From Thermodesulfobacteriota bacterium (GTDB taxonomy: Bacteria; Desulfobacterota; GWC2-55-46), in the NCBI GenBank assembly GCA_030583865.1, contig CP129479.1, forward strand, positions 2,637,053-2,701,052: a DNA stretch of 64,000 nt, given 5' to 3'. This document shows, in pieces, positions 58,771-64,000 of this stretch. The stretch's first letter is position 1. Every line of letters begins with the position of its first letter. A program made the translations under genes and the position numbers. The notes under the pieces were generated by a model. The model saw only the letters and a program-made list of their open reading frames with translations, searched no databases and was not told where the DNA came from.

Positions 58771-59490
58771 ATGGCTACCGGCTTGAAGGAAAGGTCCTTT
58801 TTCTCCGCCATATGCGTCGAGCGCTGCGGCGGCGTATGCTGCGACCCCTGGTGGGGCATCATCTCGTATCCGGTCGTAAGGGATGGCGGCCTTAAAAACG
58901 CTTCCGCCTTCAGGGCAGAGGTGCTTAAGGGCATAAAGGCGCGGGTCGAGAGGATAACGGCCGCCTATAAAACAGGCGGGGAGGAGCCCCGGAAACTATT
59001 CGGGCAGCCCGAAAGGTATAATGTAGTAGTAAAGGATATTCGGCGGTCCGGGCAGGCGCTCACGATAAACCTCATTGCCATGTTCGCCTTCAGGTGCTCT
59101 CTTTTGGCGGAGGACAAGTCCTGCTCCATGCACCCGTCCATCATCGGGCGCGAGATAAGGCCCCCGCATTGCGGCGAGCTCGGCTCTCCTGAGGCAGGGC
59201 CCGGGGAAAAGGGCTTTTGCAGGATAATACACGAGGCGGGCGCGGCTAAAGGCGATGAAACTGCGATCCATGCGGCCATAGAAAGGGAAAAGGGCATCTC
59301 GGGGAGGAGTTTCAACGAAGGCGCGGCCACCGCCGAGGAAGCGGCGGAACGTGTGGCCGGGGCCGTCCGGTCGTGGTGCGAGGCAAACGCGCCGGACCTT
59401 CTGCCCGATGAAAGGCCCGCAGAACCCGGACGGAACGACCCCTGCTGGTGCGGGAGCGGCGCGAAGTTCAAGAAGTGCCACGGCAGGTAA
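58771..59490 (+). CDS. Cysteine-cluster (YkgJ/UPF0153-like CxxxCGxxCC) protein with C-terminal SEC-C motif
   Basis: N-terminal CVERCGGVCCDPWWG; C-terminal DPCWCGSGAKFKKCHG (SEC-C metal-binding motif). Confidence 0.5.
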   Translation: MATGLKERSFFSAICVERCGGVCCDPWWGIISYPVVRDGGLKNASAFRAEVLKGIKARVERITAAYKTGGEEPRKLFGQPERYNVVVKDIRRSGQALTINLIAMFAFRCSLLAEDKSCSMHPSIIGREIRPPHCGELGSPEAGPGEKGFCRIIHEAGAAKGDETAIHAAIEREKGISGRSFNEGAATAEEAAERVAGAVRSWCEANAPDLLPDERPAEPGRNDPCWCGSGAKFKKCHGR

Positions 59491-59519
59491 TGCCTCTCTT
59501 TCAATATTTAGGGCCTCCC

Positions 59520-60272
59520 TCACCTTGTGATGAGCGCGACCGGCCCCCTCGGCCCTGCCGGGAACCCTTCCCTTATAAGAGCCACATCCTGGCCGCAGAC
59601 CCTGTAATCGAAAAACTTCTCTCCTGATGGGCCTTGTGCCTCGTATTTTACGGTCACGCGGCTGCATGCCCCGGCTTTTTCCACGCTATTGTACTTTGCC
59701 TCATATCTCGCGCCGTTTACGGCCCTCACAAAATCCATCCGCAACGACGAGGCCTGGAGGGCAACTTCTTCAAGGAGCCTTGTATTTTCCCGGGCCTCTG
59801 TTTTTTCCGCCTTGACGGACCTGGCCTCAAGCCTTGCTATTTTTTCCGGTTCTTCTGCCTTGATATAGTCCAGCCACTCAAGGCCGCGGCCCCGGCTCAG
59901 ATGAAACTTTTCCGGCTCGCCGGGGCTGTACCGGTAGTCCTTTTCGACAATGAACCTCGAATCCCCCTCGCAAGCTAAATACCAGGGGTACTTGCCCTCT
60001 CCTCCCGACGCGATATGCTCCGCTGCATCGTCAGGAGTGACCTCCACGAGGCGCACGAACCCGCCGAACCTTTTAGAGACGACCGCCAGGGGCCGTCCGC
60101 CTTCCTCGTTGCAGAACGCGCGCATCTTATTATAGACGTCGATACCAGCGAGGTTTCCGTCAATAGGTCCCCCGGACAGGTTCGGAAGCTCGCCTTTACC
60201 TGCCGCGCTAGCGCCCCCTGATGCAAGCAGTGCCGCCAGAAGCGCTGCCAGGATTATCCTGTATATCAGCAT
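59520..60272 (-). CDS. Hypothetical secreted protein, candidate sigma-54-dependent target
   Basis: Signal peptide (IILAALLAALLASGGASA) and an AGGAGG RBS 6 nt before the ATG; it lies downstream of the sigma-54 promoter and enhancer palindromes. Confidence 0.45.
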   Translation of the reverse strand: MLIYRIILAALLAALLASGGASAAGKGELPNLSGGPIDGNLAGIDVYNKMRAFCNEEGGRPLAVVSKRFGGFVRLVEVTPDDAAEHIASGGEGKYPWYLACEGDSRFIVEKDYRYSPGEPEKFHLSRGRGLEWLDYIKAEEPEKIARLEARSVKAEKTEARENTRLLEEVALQASSLRMDFVRAVNGARYEAKYNSVEKAGACSRVTVKYEAQGPSGEKFFDYRVCGQDVALIREGFPAGPRGPVALITR

Positions 60273-60338
60273 AATGACCTCCTCTTTCTTGAAAAGACGG
60301 AACCGGAAATCGCCCTTTTCTTCTACCCGGAGGTAATA

Positions 60339-60353
60339 GCAAAAGGAGTGCCA
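60339..60353 (-). promoter_or_regulatory. Sigma-54 (-24/-12) promoter
   Basis: The minus strand reads TGGCAC-TCCTT-TTGCT, a match to the TGGCAC-N5-TTGCW consensus, about 65 nt upstream of the ATG at 60272. Confidence 0.6.
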
Positions 60354-60416
60354 GCTGAATTCAAGGGAATTTCCTGAAATTCGGGGGGTCTGATACGAAG
60401 CGAGGGGCGGCCCCTA

Positions 60417-60450
60417 TGGAATCAATTCCATAGGGATGGAACGAATTCCA
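60417..60450. promoter_or_regulatory. Tandem palindromic enhancer (UAS)-like sites
   Basis: TGGAATCAATTCCA and TGGAACGAATTCCA, each a TGGAA-N4-TTCCA palindrome, with centres 20 bp apart. They sit just 3' of the NtrC-type gene and ~75 bp upstream of the sigma-54 promoter. A third palindrome GAATTTCCTGAAATTC lies at 60366-60383. Confidence 0.5.
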
Positions 60451-60452
60451 TA

Positions 60453-61805
60453 TTATTCGAGGCCATAGGCCCTGATTTTGGTAAGTAGCGTCTTGTAGTC
60501 TATCTTGAGGATGGAGGCTGTCCTGGCCTTGTTGCCGGAAGATAGCTTGAGCGCCTCCCTTATCGCGGCCCTTTCCGCCTCCCGCGCCGCGTGGGACGAG
60601 ACCTCCTTCAAGGGCATGACAGCCCCGGCCGTGCGGCCGTATCTTTCCTCGGCCCCGAGGTCGAGGTGCGTTGGGAGGACCTCGGCCCCGCCCGCCAGGA
60701 GGGCGGCGCGGCGCATCACGTTCTTAAGCTCCCTTATATTGCCCGACCAGGAATGTTTGAGGAGCGTCTCCATTGCCGGGCCGGAGATGGAGAGCGGCGG
60801 CCTTTTAAGCTCCCCGCACGCGTCCGCAAGGAACCTGCCGGCCAAAAACGAAGTGTCGTCCGCCCGCTCGCGTAGCGGCGGGAGCGTTACCGTAAACTCG
60901 TTCAGCCTGAAGTAGAGGTCTTCCCGGAAGCCGCCTTCCTTTACAAGGGCCCTCAGGTCCTTGTTCGAGGCCGCGAGTATCCGCACATCGACCGGGACGG
61001 GCTTGCTTGAGCCCACGCGGCAGACCTGTCTTGCTTCTACGGCTCCGAGGAGCTTCGCCTGGAGCGCGGCAGAGGTGTTCTCGAGCTCGTCTATGAAGAG
61101 CGTGCCGCCAGAGGCGGCCTCGAAGTATCCGCCCCGGGCCCTGTCCGCGCCGGTGAAGGCGCCCTTCTCGGAACCGAAGAGCTCGCTTTCTATGAGGGGC
61201 TCGGGGATGGCGCCCATATCGACCCTGACGAACGGCCCTTCTTTCCTGCGGCTCATGCGGTGGATGAGGCCCGCGATCATGGATTTCCCCGTGCCTGTCT
61301 CGCCCTGTATTATTATCGAAAAGTCGCTTGCCGCTACCCTTACGAGCTGGCCGATTACGCGCCTTATGGCCTCGCCCCTGCCGAGCGCCGATTCGAGAGA
61401 GGCGTCGACCGCGGACTTAAGCCTTGCCACATCGCGCTCAAGCTCGAGCTTCTCGACCGCCTTCCGGATGAGAAGCGTAAGGGATTCCATGTCCGCGGGC
61501 TTGGTCACGAAATCATGGGCCCCGTTCTTTATGGCCTCCACCGCCGATTGTATGTCGGCGTATGCGGTAAGGAAAATGACCGGGACAGCAGGGTCGATCT
61601 CCTTCAGGGCCCTTAGCGTCTCGAAGCCGTCCATGCCGGGCATCCTGTGGTCGAGTAGCACGGCGTGCGGCCTGAACCTGCTGAATTCCTTTACGCCGGA
61701 TGGGCCGTCCGGGGCCTGGGAAGTGGAGAACCCCCTCATGGAGAGGAGCTCCGAGAGGACGAGCCTTATGTTCTCCTCGTCGTCTATTACGAGCACCTTG
61801 TGCAA
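60453..61805 (-). CDS. Sigma-54-dependent response regulator (NtrC family: REC - AAA+ - HTH)
   Basis: Receiver domain (VLVIDDE...LLDHRMPGMDG), GETGTGKS Walker A, GAFTGA sigma-54 contact motif and a C-terminal Fis-type HTH. Confidence 0.9.
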   Translation of the reverse strand: MHKVLVIDDEENIRLVLSELLSMRGFSTSQAPDGPSGVKEFSRFRPHAVLLDHRMPGMDGFETLRALKEIDPAVPVIFLTAYADIQSAVEAIKNGAHDFVTKPADMESLTLLIRKAVEKLELERDVARLKSAVDASLESALGRGEAIRRVIGQLVRVAASDFSIIIQGETGTGKSMIAGLIHRMSRRKEGPFVRVDMGAIPEPLIESELFGSEKGAFTGADRARGGYFEAASGGTLFIDELENTSAALQAKLLGAVEARQVCRVGSSKPVPVDVRILAASNKDLRALVKEGGFREDLYFRLNEFTVTLPPLRERADDTSFLAGRFLADACGELKRPPLSISGPAMETLLKHSWSGNIRELKNVMRRAALLAGGAEVLPTHLDLGAEERYGRTAGAVMPLKEVSSHAAREAERAAIREALKLSSGNKARTASILKIDYKTLLTKIRAYGLE

Positions 61806-61929
61806 TAGAGCGCCTTTCAGCCTGCGAAATAGCGGCCCTGTGCCATATCGGAGACGGACTTGACGAGGGTGCCTGATGGGATTAGATCAAAGGTGAGAGG
61901 GGCCGTACAGGATGAGCATACTAAAGTTC

Positions 61930-62568
61930 TTACTGCAAATCAAGGCCGCGCCGGGGAGGGGTTGACAGCCTGCGGGCGAGCTCGTCAAGGAGGAGATTGA
62001 GCCTCTCACGTTCGCCTTCAGCCCCCTTTGAGGACTCCCTGAAAACTCCCAGTATGAGGGCCTTGCCGCCCATGACGAAGGTAAAGGTGCTTACCTCGGC
62101 AGTGATTGATCTGCCGCTTGAATGGAGCAAAACCACGTTGTGGGTCTGCCCTGCCGCGCCCTCGACGGCCTTCCGGAAAGTGGAGCTGTAGTGTTCAGAT
62201 TCCTCCGGCGGGTGGAGCCTGGTCTGGTGCATGCCGGCTATCTCGTCCACGGGCCTTCCGATGAGCGAGCCTGCGGCCCTGTTTGCGTGAATTATGATCC
62301 CGCTCCCGGCATCGGCGACGAATACGGCTTCACTTATGAGATCCAGCAGCTTGCGGTAGGCATATTGATATTCGCCGAGGGCCTTCTCGGAATTTTCGCG
62401 CGCGGCCATTTCCGCAAGGAGCATCTCATTGGCCTTTATGAGCTCGGTTGTGCGCGAGCAGAGGAGCGCTTCGAGTTCGAGCCTCTCTCTCTCGGCCCTG
62501 AAAAGCTCTTTCAGCTCCGCCCTGAGCTTCCGGATCTCCTTTATAAGGCCATTTTCACCTGTGCCCAT
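61930..62568 (-). CDS. PAS-domain protein with N-terminal coiled coil (no kinase domain)
   Basis: Coiled-coil N-terminus followed by a PAS-like core (ISEAVFVADAGSGIIIHANRAAGSLIGRPVDEIAGM); no HisKA or HATPase domain. Confidence 0.55.
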   Translation of the reverse strand: MGTGENGLIKEIRKLRAELKELFRAERERLELEALLCSRTTELIKANEMLLAEMAARENSEKALGEYQYAYRKLLDLISEAVFVADAGSGIIIHANRAAGSLIGRPVDEIAGMHQTRLHPPEESEHYSSTFRKAVEGAAGQTHNVVLLHSSGRSITAEVSTFTFVMGGKALILGVFRESSKGAEGERERLNLLLDELARRLSTPPRRGLDLQ

Positions 62569-62665
62569 ATGCCACCTTAAGCGGCAACAGGTCCGCGCTC
62601 AAGTAATTGCTCTCTCGTTTTAATATGTGAAAAGAGCCATAGGACATGATTCCGATTCAAACCGG

Positions 62666-62956
62666 CTAACCCGGCCTGACAAGGGCGATTGCCAGCGCCG
62701 CGAGGGCCAGGGCCGACAAGCCGTAAACAGCGGCGGTGAGCCTCTTTATGGTCTTCCTCGTGGATTCGAGCTCTCTTTCGGCTGATTTAAGCCTGAGTTC
62801 AAGGGTGATGAGGTATTCACGGAGCCTCTCGTCCTCAATATCCCTGTACTCCCTTTTCAGGGAGCCGAGCACCGTGCGGGACGCGTCTATGACGGTCCTC
62901 GATGAAAGGATGAGGCCTGCGGCCCTGGCTATGAGGGCCCAAAACTTTAAAGACAT
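62666..62956 (-). CDS. Small hypothetical protein with C-terminal TM helix
   Basis: 96 aa with a coiled-coil middle and a hydrophobic C-terminus (LSALALAALAIALV). Weakly supported. Confidence 0.3.
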   Translation of the reverse strand: MSLKFWALIARAAGLILSSRTVIDASRTVLGSLKREYRDIEDERLREYLITLELRLKSAERELESTRKTIKRLTAAVYGLSALALAALAIALVRPG

Positions 62957-62978
62957 TCTCTTGCCCGCGAATTGGGGT

Positions 62979-64000
62979 TCAGCGGCTTATTACGGGAAGC
63001 CTGGATAGGGCTTCCCGTATCTTCTCCTCGGGATACTCGTAGTCCGTGAGCTTTCCGGCAAGGTAGTCGGCATAGGCCTGCATGTCAAAGTTCCCGTGGC
63101 CTGAGAGGCCGAAGAGTATAACCTTCTCCTTGCCTTCCTCCCTGGCATTTATCGCCTCTTCTATCGCGGATTTTATCGCGTGCGCGCTCTCGGGCGCAGG
63201 GATTATGGCCTCTGTCCGCGCAAACAGAAGGGCCGCCTCAAATACCTCGGATTGGGGCCAGGCCGCGGCCTCGATGAGCCCGTCGTTGAAGAGCCTGCTT
63301 ACGAGCGGGGCCTCGCCGTGATAGCGGAGCCCGCCCGCGTGGATGCCCGGGGGCACGAAGTCGTGGCCGAGGGTGTACATCATGAGGTACGGGGTAAGCC
63401 CGGCAAGGTCGCCGAAGTCGTAGCGGTACTCGCCTCTTGTAAGGGTGGGGCAGGATGACGGCTCAACGGCTATGACTCGGAGGTCCCTGCCGTTTATCTT
63501 GTCGAGTAGGAACGGGAAGGAGAGGCCCGCTATGTTGCTTCCGCCTCCGCTGCAGCCGATGATTACGTCGGGGAAGTCGCCGGCGATCTCAAGCTGTTTT
63601 CCGGCCTCCTGCCCTATTATGGTCTGGTGGAGGCAGACGTGGTTCAGGACCGAACCCAGGGCGTAGTTGGTGTCCGCCCTTCCGGCAGCGTCCTCGACCG
63701 CCTCGGATATGGCTATGCCCAAGCTTCCGGGGCTTTCCGGGTCGGCCTCAAGTACCTTTCGGCCCGATCGGGTCTTCTCTGTGGGGCTTGCCAGGACCTC
63801 GGCGCCCCAGGTCTCCATGGCGACCCTCCTGTAGGGCTTCTGGTGATAGCTTACCTTTACCATGTAGACGGTTATTTCGAGTCCGAACATGCGGCCGGCA
63901 AGCGCGAGCGCAGATCCCCACTGGCCGGCTCCGGTCTCTGTCGCTATCCTCTTTATCCCTGCTTTCTTATTGTAATAGGCCTGCGGGACCGAGGTGTTTG
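62979..64000 (-). CDS. TrpB-like PLP-dependent enzyme (tryptophan synthase beta family, TrpB2-type), 5' end outside the window
   Basis: [12 protein letters not shown] and ...[26 protein letters not shown]... (read manually past the ORF-track start at 63890) match TrpB-family motifs. The frame stays open to the window edge. Confidence 0.8.
   Translation of the reverse strand, partial: NTSVPQAYYNKKAGIKRIATETGAGQWGSALALAGRMFGLEITVYMVKVSYHQKPYRRVAMETWGAEVLASPTEKTRSGRKVLEADPESPGSLGIAISEAVEDAAGRADTNYALGSVLNHVCLHQTIIGQEAGKQLEIAGDFPDVIIGCSGGGSNIAGLSFPFLLDKINGRDLRVIAVEPSSCPTLTRGEYRYDFGDLAGLTPYLMMYTLGHDFVPPGIHAGGLRYHGEAPLVSRLFNDGLIEAAAWPQSEVFEAALLFARTEAIIPAPESAHAIKSAIEEAINAREEGKEKVILFGLSGHGNFDMQAYADYLAGKLTDYEYPEEKIREALSRLPVISR

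Overview
This 64-kb window comes from a GC-rich (about 62% by eye) Gram-negative-type genome, and almost all genes sit on the minus strand from 1 to 52.3 kb. Recognisable content is listed below.
(1) A GDP-mannose / GDP-6-deoxyhexose (D-rhamnose-type) glycan cluster: manC (partial), GT2, GT4, an Rmd-like reductase, gmd, a phage-CI-like HTH regulator and manB.
(2) Housekeeping genes: tadA, uvrA, pdxA, two SurA/PpiC-type chaperones, mfd, a radical-SAM gene, rnc, mtaB, mnmA, iscR-nifS-nifU, a HydB/HydG-like oxidoreductase pair, cls and pgsA, miaA, mutL, an nth-like gene, rluB-scpB-scpA, trpS, a site-2 protease, and a DHH-CBS-CCA-type nucleotidyltransferase fusion.
(3) A tightly packed nine-gene cluster of secreted proteins: five multihaem c-type cytochromes (32 CxxCH motifs in total), an NHL propeller, a PQQ propeller and two HAMP-only membrane proteins. 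This is a candidate extracellular electron-transfer / redox-sensing module.
(4) hemE-hemH-hemY, a sensor diguanylate cyclase, and a sigma-54 module (PAS protein, NtrC-type activator, tandem palindromic enhancer sites, a TGGCAC-N5-TTGC promoter and a secreted target gene).
The intergenic spaces are saturated with at least three families of palindromic MITE-like repeats. One member of family 2 is expanded into a 1.4-kb low-GC island bounded by terminal inverted repeats. It carries an orphan hicB and a 251-aa ORF with a PUA/EVE-like signature and a possible PD-(D/E)xK nuclease motif. This island is the best candidate for an undescribed mobile or defence-type system. No rRNA, tRNA or CRISPR array was recognised. 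All domain calls rest on motif recognition by eye and no searches were run.
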